DNA of 64,000 nt from Polyangiaceae bacterium (GCA_044222475.1 JBGANF010000030.1:1-64000), one strand, 5' to 3'. Shown: positions 38,577 to 48,903, counted from the first letter of the stretch. Program-made: numbers and translations. Notes: a model not told the origin generated them from the letters alone.

Positions 38577-39499
38577 AGAAGGATCTCGAGGTGGAGCCGC
38601 TCTCGGACGCGCGCTTCGCTCGTGCCGAGCGCATGCTGTTCGAGCGGCTCGCGCGCGAAGGAACGGCCGCACCGCTTCCGTCACGCAGCCGTGCCATCAA
38701 GTGGGGCGGGTGGGGCGTCGCCCTCGCGGCGGCGGCGGCGATCGTCGTCCTGCTCTGGCGGCCCTGGTCGGCAGCTCCTCCTCAGGTCGTCGGCGTGTCG
38801 CCGTCGCCCTCTCACTTCGTGAGCGAGTCGAGCGCGTCTCACGTGGCGCTCGGAGAGAACGAGCTCGATCTCGGTCCGCGCACCTCGCTCGTCAGCACCG
38901 GCGACGACGACCACGGTGTAGTGCTCGTTCTGGAAGAAGGGTCGGTGACGTGCCACGTCGCGCCGCGCCACGGTCGGCCGCCGTTCGTCGTCCAAGCCGG
39001 CGACGTTCGGGTGACGGTCAAGGGGACGCGGTTCACCGTGACCCGCGGCGGGGCCGACGTCACCGTCTCGGTCGAGAGCGGCGTCGTCGACGTCGCGAGC
39101 GACGGCACACGCACCGAGCTCACCGCCGGCGGTCGTTGGCCCGCCGTCGCGATCGTGCCGGCCGCTCCGACCGTGACCGTGACCGCGACCGCGACCGCCA
39201 GCGCACCGCCCGCCGTCGTTCCGAGCACCACTGGGCGCCCGATGCCGGACGCGCGCGCGCGCTTCGAAGCGGCGGAGACCCTCGAGGCGAGCGATCCCGA
39301 GGCGGCGCTCGGCGCCTATGCGTCGCTCGCGAAGGGCTCCGGGCCCTGGGCCGAGAACGCGTTGTTCGCCGAGGGGCGGCTCCTCGCCGAGCGCGGCCGG
39401 ACCGCCGAAGCGCAGAAGGTGCTCGGCGACTACCTCACGCGCTACCCTTCGGGACCGAATGCGGGTGATGCGCGGGCGCTCTTGGCGAAGAAGGATTGA
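38573..39499 (+). CDS. FecR-domain anti-sigma factor with C-terminal TPR
   Basis: TM 'ALAAAAAIVVLLW'; 'FVVQAGDVRVTVKGTRFTV'; 'YLTRYPSGP'. Confidence 0.85.
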   Translation: MKKDLEVEPLSDARFARAERMLFERLAREGTAAPLPSRSRAIKWGGWGVALAAAAAIVVLLWRPWSAAPPQVVGVSPSPSHFVSESSASHVALGENELDLGPRTSLVSTGDDDHGVVLVLEEGSVTCHVAPRHGRPPFVVQAGDVRVTVKGTRFTVTRGGADVTVSVESGVVDVASDGTRTELTAGGRWPAVAIVPAAPTVTVTATATASAPPAVVPSTTGRPMPDARARFEAAETLEASDPEAALGAYASLAKGSGPWAENALFAEGRLLAERGRTAEAQKVLGDYLTRYPSGPNAGDARALLAKKD

Positions 39500-40487
39500 G
39501 GGGCTCGCCCTCGCGTTCACGCTGCTCGTCGCGCGCAGCGCCGACGCGAGCGATCTCTCGCGCGTGGCCTTCGTCGGCGACGACCCGGAGCTCCTGCGCG
39601 CGCTCGGCCGTTCGCTCGCGACCTGGCAGGTCGAGGTCGTTCCCGCGGCCGAGCCTCAGCTCGGTGCGACACTTCCGGAAGGCGCGGCGATCGCCGAAGC
39701 GGTCTGCGCACGCACCGGCGCGCAAGCGGCGGTGTGGATCTCGCGCTCGGCCGGGGGGTGGGCGCTTTGGGTGTATGATGCACGTACCCACGAGCTCGTC
39801 TCGCGCGCCGTGACCGACGAGCCGCCGTACAGCGGACCGGTCGCCGCCGCGCTGTCTCTGTCCACCAAGACGTTGCTCAAAAAGAGCCTCGTCGCTCCCG
39901 AGACCGAGCGGTTCGGTGCCTCGGCTCCGGCGCCTCCGCGACCGCCGGTGGCACCGCCCGAAGCGAAGCCGTCGGCGCTGTACCTCGAAGGGTCCGGCGG
40001 TGCGCGCTTCTTCGCGATCTCGATCCAACCGGCGGAGGCCCGGTTCGGCCTCGGCGTGAGCTACTGGTCGCGAAGCTCTCCCGCGATCGGAGGGTTCGTG
40101 GACGTGTCGCTCGGACCGGGGGTGAACCTGGCGTCGTCGAAGGTCGACGCGCACTACGTCGCGATCGGCGCAGCCGCCGGAGTCCGCGGACGCATCGACG
40201 CAGCGCGGTGGCTCGCCCTCGAAGGCGGGCTCGGCTTCGTGTTGGGCATCACGTCGTTCTCGGGCGTCGCGGACGGCGAGAGTGTCGCCGTGCTCCGCGC
40301 GAACCCGGCGGCGCGGATCGCCTTCGTCGTCGACTTCAAGCTAGGCAACCGCACTTCGATCGGGCTGGTGAACTCCCTCGACGCGGCCTTTCGCCGGCAG
40401 GACTACACGTTCGCCGGAGCGACCGTCGCCGAGGGAGGGTTCTTCACGTGGGATCTCGCGCTTCGCCTACGTGTCGGCGCGGACTGA
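39468..40487 (+). CDS. Putative outer-membrane protein of the ECF/FecR module
   Basis: Signal peptide; C-terminal amphipathic beta-strands; start uncertain. Confidence 0.6.
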   Translation: MRGRSWRRRIEGLALAFTLLVARSADASDLSRVAFVGDDPELLRALGRSLATWQVEVVPAAEPQLGATLPEGAAIAEAVCARTGAQAAVWISRSAGGWALWVYDARTHELVSRAVTDEPPYSGPVAAALSLSTKTLLKKSLVAPETERFGASAPAPPRPPVAPPEAKPSALYLEGSGGARFFAISIQPAEARFGLGVSYWSRSSPAIGGFVDVSLGPGVNLASSKVDAHYVAIGAAAGVRGRIDAARWLALEGGLGFVLGITSFSGVADGESVAVLRANPAARIAFVVDFKLGNRTSIGLVNSLDAAFRRQDYTFAGATVAEGGFFTWDLALRLRVGAD

Positions 40488-40496
40488 TCGATCGCG

Positions 40497-41342
40497 TCAC
40501 TTCACGACGCACGCGTTCTTGTCGCACTTGGGCGTGTTCACCGGGCAGTCGGTGTCCTTGAGGCACTGGACGCACTGACTCGCGTCCTTGCAGAAGGCGG
40601 TCGGGGCGACGCAGTTCGCGTTCGTCACGCACGCCGTGCAGCGGCCCTTGTCGGTGTCGCAGACGGGCGTCGACCCGCTGCACTCCGTCGGTCCGAGGCA
40701 TTGGACGCAACGCGAGCGTGCGATGTCGCACTTGGGCGTCGAGCCGCCGCACTGCACGTCGCTCGTGCAGCCTGCGCGGCACTTCTGCTCCTCGGGATCG
40801 CAGATGGGCGTCGTACCGCCGCAATCGGCGTTCGAGAAGCACTGGATGCAGCTCCCACGCGCGTTGCACTTCGGCGCCGACGCCGGGCAGTTCGCCGAGG
40901 TCGCGCACTCCACGCACTGCTGCGTCGTCGCGTTGCAGAGCGGCTTGCCGCTGACGCCGTTGCAGTCGGCGGCGACGTTGCAGCCGACGCACACCCCGGT
41001 GTTCACGTTGCAGATGGGCGCGTCACCGGGGCAGTTGGCGTTGCTGGTGCACGCCGCGTGGCACTTGTGGTCCTTGGGGAAGCACGCCGGCTCGGCGGTG
41101 CCACAGTCGGCGTTGGTCCGGCACGACTCGCACCGGCCAAGGACACAGAACTTCGTCGTCCCACCGCAGTTGAGGTCGGTCGTGCACTCGACGCACCCGA
41201 GCGTGGCGTCGCACGTCTTGCCGGCGCCGCAGCCAGTGGTCGGGCAGAGCCCGCCACCGGGCGGGATGGTCGAGTCCGAACCGCCACAGGCGATCGCGAG
41301 GGCGACGAAGGTGGAGCTAGCGAATGCGAAGAAGTGCTTCAT
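40497..41342 (-). CDS. Cys-rich repeat lipoprotein
   Basis: Lipobox 'LAIAC'; ~24-aa 'CVxCxxxxxCxxxxPxC' repeats. Confidence 0.85.
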   Translation of the reverse strand: MKHFFAFASSTFVALAIACGGSDSTIPPGGGLCPTTGCGAGKTCDATLGCVECTTDLNCGGTTKFCVLGRCESCRTNADCGTAEPACFPKDHKCHAACTSNANCPGDAPICNVNTGVCVGCNVAADCNGVSGKPLCNATTQQCVECATSANCPASAPKCNARGSCIQCFSNADCGGTTPICDPEEQKCRAGCTSDVQCGGSTPKCDIARSRCVQCLGPTECSGSTPVCDTDKGRCTACVTNANCVAPTAFCKDASQCVQCLKDTDCPVNTPKCDKNACVVK

Positions 41343-41502
41343 GCCACCTCAGTACCGCGATGGGCGCCGAGGGTTGCATCTTTCGTCTCGGAGCAACCCG
41401 ACGGTGAAGTCGCAGGGTGACCTACACCCGACCCACGCGCTTCGAAGTAACCATCCTCGTCCGCGATCCCACGGTAGAACGAGGAAGAGAAGGAGAGGCC
41501 TC

Positions 41503-43467
41503 ATGCGTACACGGCTTTGGATCTGGGCACTCCCCATGGCGCTCGGGATCGCGCTGGCGATGGCCTGCGGGTCGGACGGAGGCGACGGCCCCACCGACGC
41601 TTCCACCAACGACGGCGGACTCGCCGACGGCACGCTCGTCGATGGGCTCGCCATCGATCCTCCGACCGCGACGCTCGTGGTGAAGGTGACCGATCCGCCT
41701 CAGACGCTGCAGTTCAAGGCGCTCGCCACGATCGGGAGCGCGCCCGCGTTCCAGGTTCCCGCCGTGTTCAGCGTCGACAACGTCATACCAGGGACGATCT
41801 CGACGGCGGGCCTCTATACGACCAGCAACGCATCCGGTGGGGTCGTCAACGTCAGCGCGGTGTATGGCGGCAAGACCGCGACCGCCGTCCTGACCGTCAA
41901 GCTCGAGGCCGACGTCACCTCGGGCAACGTGCCCCCGAACCCGGCGACGTTCTTCGATCCGCCGAACACCGTCGTCGTCGCGGATCCGACCAAGTCGCCG
42001 ACGCTCGTCTATCCGGTGCCCGAGACGAAGTTCCCGCAGAACCTCTACCGCACGCTGTTCAACTGGCGCCCCGCCGGGAACGACCTCTTCCTCCTCCGCT
42101 ACGAGTCGCCGAACCTGAAGCTCAACGTCTACACCGATGGCGTCCAAGCGACGTGCAAGACCGCCAACACCGGCGGCTCGTGCTGGGAGACGGTGCAGAA
42201 GGACTGGGCGATGATCGCCGGCTCGAACGCCGGGGGCGCCGTGTCGTTGACCCTGTTCGGTACGAACACCAAGGCGAAGGGCACGGTCTACGCGTCCAAG
42301 CCGTACACGTTCACGTTCTCCAAGTCGCCGGTCCCCGGCGCGATCTACTACTGGTCGACTACGGCGAAGGGCGTCCGGCGCGGGACGCTCGATGCGCTCG
42401 CGCCTTCGAACTTCCTCACCCCGGCCGAAGCGGATGGCAACTGCGTCGCGTGCCACACCCTGTCTCGCAACGGCAAGCGCCTCGCCGCCGACGTGGGCGG
42501 AGAGAAGCTCTGGGTCGTCGACGTCGTGAAGCAAATTCCGCCACCTCGCGTGTTCACCGCGTACAACAACGCAGCGATCGCCAACGCGTGGGCGACCTTC
42601 AACCCCGACACGACGCGCATCGTCTCTGCGAGCAATGGCGTGCTCCGGTTGATCGACGGCAACACGGGCGCTCCGGTCGGCGGGGGCAACGGCGTCATCG
42701 CCGGGCCGTCCCCTTTTGGGACGATGCCGGACTGGGCGCCCGACGGGAAACACCTCGTCTTCGTCCAGTCGGCCGCGAACAAGGACCGTGGTCTCACGGC
42801 TTCTTCGGTCGCGTGGCTCAGCGTCGCCGGTGACGTGTTCTCGGGCCCGCAGGTGATCCTCGCCTCGGCTGGCGCGACCGACAACTACGCCTACCCGATG
42901 TTCGACCCGACCAGCCAGTGGATCGCGGTCGCGCGCGGCGCGGCGAAGACCGACAACGACCCGAGCGCGCAGATCATGATCGCCGCTGCGAAGGCGGCGA
43001 GCACCGCGCAGCAACAGGTCCGCGCAGACACGCTGGTCAACGACGGCACCGTCGCCACCGGCGTGCAGAACTCGATGCCGACCTGGGCGCCGACGTCGGC
43101 CGACAACGTGCTCTGGATCGCATTCACCAGCACGCGCGACTACGGCACCGTTCTGGCTGCGGGGTCCACCTACGGCAACAAGCGCGACCAGCTGTGGATC
43201 GCGGCGATCGACCTCACCAAGCTCGGGCAAGGCGACGCGAGCTTCCCGGCGTTCCGCGTGCCTTTCGTCGAGCTCAGCGAGGACGCCCACCGGCCTTTCT
43301 GGGCCGAAGACGCGTTCGTCCCTCCCCCGGTCCTCGACGGTGGCGTTCCCGACGCCGGGCCTTGCCTCCAGCTCGGAGCCGATTGCACGACCGGCACGTG
43401 CTGCAACGGGCTGCAGTGCCTGCCCGTCGGCAACACCTACCAGTGCACGGTGCCGCCGCCGAACTGA
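41503..43467 (+). CDS. TolB-like/PD40 beta-propeller lipoprotein
   Basis: AGGAGAGG RBS; lipobox 'LAMAC'; 'GAIYYWST', 'CVACH', 'MPDWAPDG', 'MPTWAP'. Confidence 0.8.
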   Translation: MRTRLWIWALPMALGIALAMACGSDGGDGPTDASTNDGGLADGTLVDGLAIDPPTATLVVKVTDPPQTLQFKALATIGSAPAFQVPAVFSVDNVIPGTISTAGLYTTSNASGGVVNVSAVYGGKTATAVLTVKLEADVTSGNVPPNPATFFDPPNTVVVADPTKSPTLVYPVPETKFPQNLYRTLFNWRPAGNDLFLLRYESPNLKLNVYTDGVQATCKTANTGGSCWETVQKDWAMIAGSNAGGAVSLTLFGTNTKAKGTVYASKPYTFTFSKSPVPGAIYYWSTTAKGVRRGTLDALAPSNFLTPAEADGNCVACHTLSRNGKRLAADVGGEKLWVVDVVKQIPPPRVFTAYNNAAIANAWATFNPDTTRIVSASNGVLRLIDGNTGAPVGGGNGVIAGPSPFGTMPDWAPDGKHLVFVQSAANKDRGLTASSVAWLSVAGDVFSGPQVILASAGATDNYAYPMFDPTSQWIAVARGAAKTDNDPSAQIMIAAAKAASTAQQQVRADTLVNDGTVATGVQNSMPTWAPTSADNVLWIAFTSTRDYGTVLAAGSTYGNKRDQLWIAAIDLTKLGQGDASFPAFRVPFVELSEDAHRPFWAEDAFVPPPVLDGGVPDAGPCLQLGADCTTGTCCNGLQCLPVGNTYQCTVPPPN

Positions 43468-43484
43468 CTGATACGCTCGGGCCG

Positions 43485-45173
43485 ATGGCCGGCGCGGTGA
43501 AGGTGCTCTCGAACGCCGACGTGCGCGTCATCGATCACGGCGGGACGCGAGCCGAGGCGATCGCGTGGCGCGACGGACGCATCGTCGCGGTCGGCACGAA
43601 CGACGAGGTCGAGGCTATCGCCGGAGACGGCTCGGTCGTCTCCGACGCGCGCGGGGCGGTGGTGCTACCGGGGTTCATCGATCCGCACCACCACCCGTGC
43701 ATCGTCGCGCTCTACGGATCCTCTCTTCGTCTGACGCGACCTTCGGTGACGGACATCCCCAGCCTCCAGCGCGCGATCGCCGCGCTGGCAAAGACCGCAA
43801 AGCCGGGCGAGTGGCTCGTCGCGACCGAGTGGGACGAGACCAACCTCGCCGAGCACCGCGCGCCGACGCGCGCCGAGCTCGACGACGCGGCGCCCGGGCA
43901 CCCGGTGTTCGCCCTCCACTACTCGTGCCACCGCGCCGTCGCGAGCTCGAAGGCGCTCGAGCTCGCCGCCATCGACAAGGACACCGCCGATCCCTCCGGA
44001 GGCGCGATCGAGCGCGGGCGAGGCGGCGTGCCGACCGGCCTCCTGATCGAGCGCGGGATCTGCGCGGTGGAGCAGCTCGCGCGCGCGAGCCTCGTCGCCA
44101 CCGACGGCGAAGGCTTCCTCGCGCGGCTGGCAGCGCACCACCGCGCGATGGCCGCCGGCGGCATCACCCGGGTGTGCGACGCGACGGTCCCCGGCGACCT
44201 CGCGACGCTGTACCGCGAGGCGTCGCGCCGCGGGATGCTGACGGTTCCGACGGTGATGATGCCCGTCTCGGTGAGAGGCTGGCTCGCCGAGCCGTGGGAC
44301 GTGTTGGACGGCCCTCCCACCGGCGAGGACGATGGAATGCTGAGCGTCGGCCCGGTGAAGCTCGTCTTCGACGGCGCGCCGGGCTGCGCCATGTGCCTCG
44401 GATGGTTGCAGACTGCAGGTGTCTTCCTGCGCTCGATCGCGATGACCATCGGCCGCGGCTCGCTCGACCCGCTGCGAACCTCGATGTCGGTCGAGCCCCG
44501 GATCGGGGCGCAGATCCGCACCGGGATCCAGATCTACCGCCGCGACGAGGCGAAGGCGGTCGTCGCGGCCGCGGTCGAGCGCGGATTCTCGGTGGCGACC
44601 CACGCGATCGGCAACGAGGCGATCGACGTCGCGCTCGAAGCGTACGAAGCCGCCAAGGGATCACTCGATCGCGCCGGATTGCCTCGGCTCGAGCACGCGA
44701 CCTTCCTGAGCCCCGATCTCGTCGATCGGATCGCCGGCGTCGGCGCGGCGGTCGTCGTGCAGCCCTACTTCACGATGCTCCCCGCGCTGGCGGGCGCGGC
44801 GTCGATCCCCGGCGTGCGCTACTCGCCGCTGCGCTGGCTGCTCGACGCGAAGGTGCTCGTCTCGGGGAGCTCGGACCATCCGGTCGCGTCCTTCGATCCG
44901 ATCGCGGCGATCGCGGCGGCGGTGAACCGAAAGACCGCCCGCGGCGACGTCCACGAGGGCGACCAGCGGATCTCGATCGACGAGGCGATCGCGCTCTACA
45001 CGCGCGCCGCGGCAGCCGCGACCGGGTGCTTGTCCCAATGTGGGACCCTCGAAACGGGAAAGCGCGCGGACCTCGTCGTGGTCGACGGATCGGTCGACAC
45101 CGAAGACGGTCTCGCCACCGCGAAGGTCCGCGCGACCTTCATCGGCGGCGAGCTCGTCTTCGGCGCGCCGTGA
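43485..45173 (+). CDS. Amidohydrolase 3 (YtcJ-like)
   Basis: 'PGFIDPHHH', 'KLVFDG', 'THAIGN', 'RLEHA', 'GSSDHP', 'GTLETGKRADLVV'. Confidence 0.88.
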   Translation: MAGAVKVLSNADVRVIDHGGTRAEAIAWRDGRIVAVGTNDEVEAIAGDGSVVSDARGAVVLPGFIDPHHHPCIVALYGSSLRLTRPSVTDIPSLQRAIAALAKTAKPGEWLVATEWDETNLAEHRAPTRAELDDAAPGHPVFALHYSCHRAVASSKALELAAIDKDTADPSGGAIERGRGGVPTGLLIERGICAVEQLARASLVATDGEGFLARLAAHHRAMAAGGITRVCDATVPGDLATLYREASRRGMLTVPTVMMPVSVRGWLAEPWDVLDGPPTGEDDGMLSVGPVKLVFDGAPGCAMCLGWLQTAGVFLRSIAMTIGRGSLDPLRTSMSVEPRIGAQIRTGIQIYRRDEAKAVVAAAVERGFSVATHAIGNEAIDVALEAYEAAKGSLDRAGLPRLEHATFLSPDLVDRIAGVGAAVVVQPYFTMLPALAGAASIPGVRYSPLRWLLDAKVLVSGSSDHPVASFDPIAAIAAAVNRKTARGDVHEGDQRISIDEAIALYTRAAAAATGCLSQCGTLETGKRADLVVVDGSVDTEDGLATAKVRATFIGGELVFGAP

Positions 45174-45176
45174 CCT

Positions 45177-45620
45177 TCACTTCGCGCGAAGAGCCTTCAC
45201 CTGGGCAGCGACGTCGGGCCCGGCGGCGTTGGCGCCCTGCGCTTTGAGGTGCTTCATCGCGACGCCGGTGGCCTGACCGTCGTTCGCGGCCGCCTTGATC
45301 GCATCGGCGACCGGAGCGAGCGCCGCCGCGATGTCGGCCGCGGACATGCCCTTGGGCAACAGGTCCTCGAGGAGCTCGATCTCGCGCTTCAGGACGGCGC
45401 TCTTCTCGGCGTCGCCGCTCGACGCAGCGAGCGTTTCTTGGTTCGATTTGACGAGCTTGCGCAGCGCGCCGAACGCTTCGTCGTCGGTGAGCGGACGCGC
45501 GAGGCGCGCCTCGAGGGCTTGGACCTCGCTCTGGGCGAGGCGGAGGATCGTCGTCGCGACGCCGTCCTTGGCTTTCATGGAGGCGAGGGCGCGCGCACGG
45601 AGAGTTTCGATCAGAGTCAT
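45177..45620 (-). CDS. GatB/YqeY domain protein
   Basis: 'ALASMKAKD...ILR', 'LRKLVKSNQET', 'EIELLEDLLPK', 'GVAMKHLK'; GAAAGGA RBS. Confidence 0.8.
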   Translation of the reverse strand: MTLIETLRARALASMKAKDGVATTILRLAQSEVQALEARLARPLTDDEAFGALRKLVKSNQETLAASSGDAEKSAVLKREIELLEDLLPKGMSAADIAAALAPVADAIKAAANDGQATGVAMKHLKAQGANAAGPDVAAQVKALRAK

Positions 45621-45649
45621 TGTGGATGTCCTTTCGTGTACGTGACGGT

Positions 45650-45677
45650 GCCCGCTCGAGCAAGCGCTCGAGCGGGC
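45650..45677. other. Perfect 12-bp stem-loop between the EF-Tu paralog and yqeY-like gene
   Basis: GCCCGCTCGAGC-AAGC-GCTCGAGCGGGC; no U-tract. Confidence 0.6.
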
Positions 45678-45688
45678 CACGTCTGGTT

Positions 45689-46858
45689 TCAGGCGACTTC
45701 GGTGACCACACCCGCACCGACGGTCTTTCCGCCTTCGCGGAGCGCGAACCTCATCCCGGGCTCGATCCCGATCTTCTTGATCAAGCGGAACGCGATTCGC
45801 GTGCGATCGCCGGGGCGCACGACCTCGCCTTCGGGGAGCGCGATCGCGCCGGTCACGTCGGCGCCTCCGAAGAAGAACACCGGCATGTACCCGTCGCCGA
45901 AGGCGGTGTGGCGACCGCCCTCCTTCGCGCTGAGCGCGTAGATCTCGGCGACTCCGGCGTCGTGGAGCTTCACCACGCCGGGCATCGTCACGACCTGTCC
46001 GCGCACGATCTCCTCGCGGCGCACACCGCGGAGGAGCAAACCGACGTTCTCGCCGGCGCGCGCTTCCACTCGATCCTGGTGGAACGACTGGATGCCCGTC
46101 ACGACGACGGGCCGCGCATCGGCGAGACCGACGATCTCGATGGTCGTGCCGACGCGGAGGACTCCGCGATCGACGCGACCGGTGACGACCGTGCCGCGAC
46201 CGCCGATCGTGAAGACGTCCTCGATCGGCATGAGGAACGGCGACTCGAAGTCGCGCACCGGCACGGGCACGTGCTCGTCGAGCGCGCGAACGAGCGCGCG
46301 GATGGACTCCACCCAAGGGCCGTCGGTGCGGCCCTCGGCGATGGCGTTCACCGCGCCGAGGGCGGACCCGCGGATGACGGGGCTGCCTTCGAAGCCGTGG
46401 GCGCGGAGCAGGTCCTCGGTCTCGACGACGACGAGGTCGACGAGCTCGGGATCGGCGACGTCCATCTTGTTCACGAACACGACGAGGTGGCGAACGCCGA
46501 CCTGCTTGGCGAGCAGCACGTGCTCGCGCGTCTGCGCCTCGGGGCCTTGCGACCCGTCGACGAGCAGGATGGCGCCGTCCATCTGCGACGCGCCGGTGAT
46601 CATCGTCTTCACGTAGTCGGCGTGCCCGGGGCAATCGATGTGCGCGTAGTGCCGCGTCACGCTCTCGTACTCGACGTGCGCGAGGTTGATGGTGATGCCG
46701 CGGGTGCGCTCCTCGGGGTGGCTGTCGATCTCGCTCAGGGCGCGGGCGCGCGCGAAGCCGTCGATGGCCATGACCTGCGTGATGGCGCTCGTGAGGGTGG
46801 TCTTGCCGTGATCGACGTGACCGATGGTGCCGACGTTGACGTGCTGCTTCTGGAACAT
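45689..46858 (-). CDS. tuf: Divergent elongation factor Tu paralog (EF-Tu3-like)
   Basis: '[16 protein letters not shown]', 'RGITIN', '[10 protein letters not shown]', 'NKMD', 'GSAL', '[10 protein letters not shown]', '[10 protein letters not shown]'; not in a ribosomal-protein operon. Confidence 0.9.
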   Translation of the reverse strand: MFQKQHVNVGTIGHVDHGKTTLTSAITQVMAIDGFARARALSEIDSHPEERTRGITINLAHVEYESVTRHYAHIDCPGHADYVKTMITGASQMDGAILLVDGSQGPEAQTREHVLLAKQVGVRHLVVFVNKMDVADPELVDLVVVETEDLLRAHGFEGSPVIRGSALGAVNAIAEGRTDGPWVESIRALVRALDEHVPVPVRDFESPFLMPIEDVFTIGGRGTVVTGRVDRGVLRVGTTIEIVGLADARPVVVTGIQSFHQDRVEARAGENVGLLLRGVRREEIVRGQVVTMPGVVKLHDAGVAEIYALSAKEGGRHTAFGDGYMPVFFFGGADVTGAIALPEGEVVRPGDRTRIAFRLIKKIGIEPGMRFALREGGKTVGAGVVTEVA

Positions 46859-46883
46859 GGGTTTCTCCGTTGGGTTTCGAGAC

Positions 46884-46923
46884 AAAATGAGAAAAGCCCC
46901 TCAGGCGGGTGGCCGGAGGGGCT
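46884..46923 (-). terminator. Intrinsic terminator/attenuator in the tuf-paralog leader
   Basis: On the minus strand AGCCCCTC...GAGGGGCT followed by TTTCTCATTTT, ~25 nt upstream of the start codon. Confidence 0.7.
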
Positions 46924-46947
46924 CGGGAGGCTGAAAAGTCCTTGGAC

Positions 46948-47040
46948 TTACGTGAGGCTCGCCGTCGCTCGTTCGGACACGCCGCAGCCAGCGTCCGATG
47001 ACGCCGGGGCGACGACTGAGAGCGACGGTGAGTAGCGCAT
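46948..47040 (-). CDS. Putative leader peptide (MRYSPSLSVVAPASSDAGCGVSERATASLT)
   Basis: 30-aa ORF ending just before the terminator hairpin; no clear RBS. Confidence 0.3.
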   Translation of the reverse strand: MRYSPSLSVVAPASSDAGCGVSERATASLT

Positions 47041-47118
47041 GGCGTCATGGACCGACGAAGCGCGCGCGCTTCCCTGACGGGCCTTGTCGACGTCGCGGTC
47101 CTCGGGTCTCATTCGGGC

Positions 47119-48903
47119 ATGCGCAGCACCCGCCTCGCCTTGGGCCTTCCGTTCGCTTTTCTTCTCGCGTGCGGCACTTCGTCGCCCAGTCCCTTCAACC
47201 CCGACGACGGCGGGACTCCGACCGACGGCAACACCGGAAGCGACTCGCCGATCTTCTTCGGCGACGGAGGGACGGACGGCGCGCCGACGTGCACGAAGTG
47301 CTCGCCCGATCTGCACTCGGTGCTGGATTGCAACGACAACGTCATCACGACGTGCCAGGGCGACCAAGGCTGCGGGGCCGGCGGGACGTGCGTCCCCGCG
47401 TGCGACAGCGCAGCGCAGAACAAGAGCTCGATCGGCTGCGACTACTATGCGATCCCAGCAGACGGCTGGAGCAACATCCCCGAGTTCAACGCCGGCACCA
47501 GCGACGGAAGCTGCTTCGCCGCGTTCGTTACGAACACGTGGGGCTCGCCGATCAAGGTGGAGCTCGAGTTCAAGGGCCAGACGATCGACGCGACGCCGTT
47601 CTCGTACATCCCGAACGGCTCCGGCAACGCGATCACCTACACGCAAGTGCCGAGCACCGGCATCCCGGCGAACCAGATGGCGATCGTGTTCCTCTCGCAC
47701 TACGGGTCCACCGCGCTCTACAAGACGCTGTGCCCGCCGAGCGTGAAGCCCGCGATCACCACGGTGGACGTCGGCGTGCACGGTACCAACAAGGGACCGT
47801 CGATCCGGTTGAAGACGAGCGTCCCCTCGGTCGTCTACGACATCTATCCGTACGGAGGCGCGGCGACGTACACCGCGAGCGCGACGCTTCTTCTCCCGAC
47901 GAGCGTGTGGGACACGAACTACCTCGCCGTCTCGGCGTGGAACCCGATCCAGCAGTACAAGTGGCCGATGAACGTCGGTGTCGTCGCTCAGCAGGACGGC
48001 ACGCAGGTGACGATCTCGCCGACGAACGCCATCGTCGCGCGCGGGACGATCGCGGGCACCGCGAAGGGCGTGCCGATCACGTACAACTTGAACAAGGGCG
48101 AGCTCCTGCAGTTCGCGCAGCTCAGCGAGCTGAGCGGCAGCCCGATCCAATCGAACTTCCCAGTCGGCCTCTGGGGTGGGCACTACTGCATGAACATCCC
48201 GGACACGTCGGGGGCGTGCGACGCGGCTCACCAGCAGATCCCGCCGGTGAAGGCGCTCGGCAGCGAGTACGTCGCCGTGGCGCACCGGCCGCGGAGCGTC
48301 AGCGACAACCCGCCGTGGCGTCTGCTCGGCGCGGTCGACGGCACGACGCTCTCGTACGATCCGCCGGTGCCGGGCGCGCCGACGACCGTGGCGAGCGGAC
48401 AGCTCGTGGAGTTCCCGGCGACCGGGCCGTTCGTCGTCAAATCGCAGGACGACAAGCACCCGTTCTACCTGGCCGGCCACATGACCGGCGCGAGCGCGGG
48501 CGGCAACGGCCTCATGGGCGACCCCGAGACGGTCAACGTCGTCCCGCCGCAACAGTTCCTTGCAAGTTACATCTTCTTCACCGACCCGACCTACGGCGAG
48601 ACGAACCTGGTGCTCGTGAGGAAGAAGACGTCGAACGGCTTCCGCGACGTGACGCTCGACTGCGGCGGCGTGGTCACCGGCTGGGCGGCGATCGGCGCGA
48701 CGGACTACCAGTGGGCGCGCGTCGATCTGCAGAAGGGCAAACAGAAGGTCGGCACGTGCGACAACGGCCGTCACGAGATCAAGAGCGACGCGCCGTTCGG
48801 CATCACGGTGTGGGGCTTCGACACGACGGTGAGCTACGCGTACCCGGCGGGGGCGAGCGTGAGGCCGATCAACAACGTCATCGTGCCGCCGACGCCGAAG
48901 TAG
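47119..48903 (+). CDS. IgGFc-binding-domain lipoprotein
   Basis: Lipobox 'FLLAC'; 'SSIGCDYY', 'SATLLLPTSVW', 'QQIPPVKALGSEY', 'GDPE', 'SYAYPAG'. Confidence 0.85.
   Translation: MRSTRLALGLPFAFLLACGTSSPSPFNPDDGGTPTDGNTGSDSPIFFGDGGTDGAPTCTKCSPDLHSVLDCNDNVITTCQGDQGCGAGGTCVPACDSAAQNKSSIGCDYYAIPADGWSNIPEFNAGTSDGSCFAAFVTNTWGSPIKVELEFKGQTIDATPFSYIPNGSGNAITYTQVPSTGIPANQMAIVFLSHYGSTALYKTLCPPSVKPAITTVDVGVHGTNKGPSIRLKTSVPSVVYDIYPYGGAATYTASATLLLPTSVWDTNYLAVSAWNPIQQYKWPMNVGVVAQQDGTQVTISPTNAIVARGTIAGTAKGVPITYNLNKGELLQFAQLSELSGSPIQSNFPVGLWGGHYCMNIPDTSGACDAAHQQIPPVKALGSEYVAVAHRPRSVSDNPPWRLLGAVDGTTLSYDPPVPGAPTTVASGQLVEFPATGPFVVKSQDDKHPFYLAGHMTGASAGGNGLMGDPETVNVVPPQQFLASYIFFTDPTYGETNLVLVRKKTSNGFRDVTLDCGGVVTGWAAIGATDYQWARVDLQKGKQKVGTCDNGRHEIKSDAPFGITVWGFDTTVSYAYPAGASVRPINNVIVPPTPK

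Noticed and set aside
42439..42456. CVACH as evidence of a c-type cytochrome
   Set aside because: Single motif inside a TolB-like lipoprotein with no cytochrome context; heme attachment cannot be supported.
45177..47048. 623-aa ORF overlapping the EF-Tu paralog
   Set aside because: Only the last 147 aa are YqeY-like and have their own RBS and ATG at 45620; the rest is an off-frame shadow.
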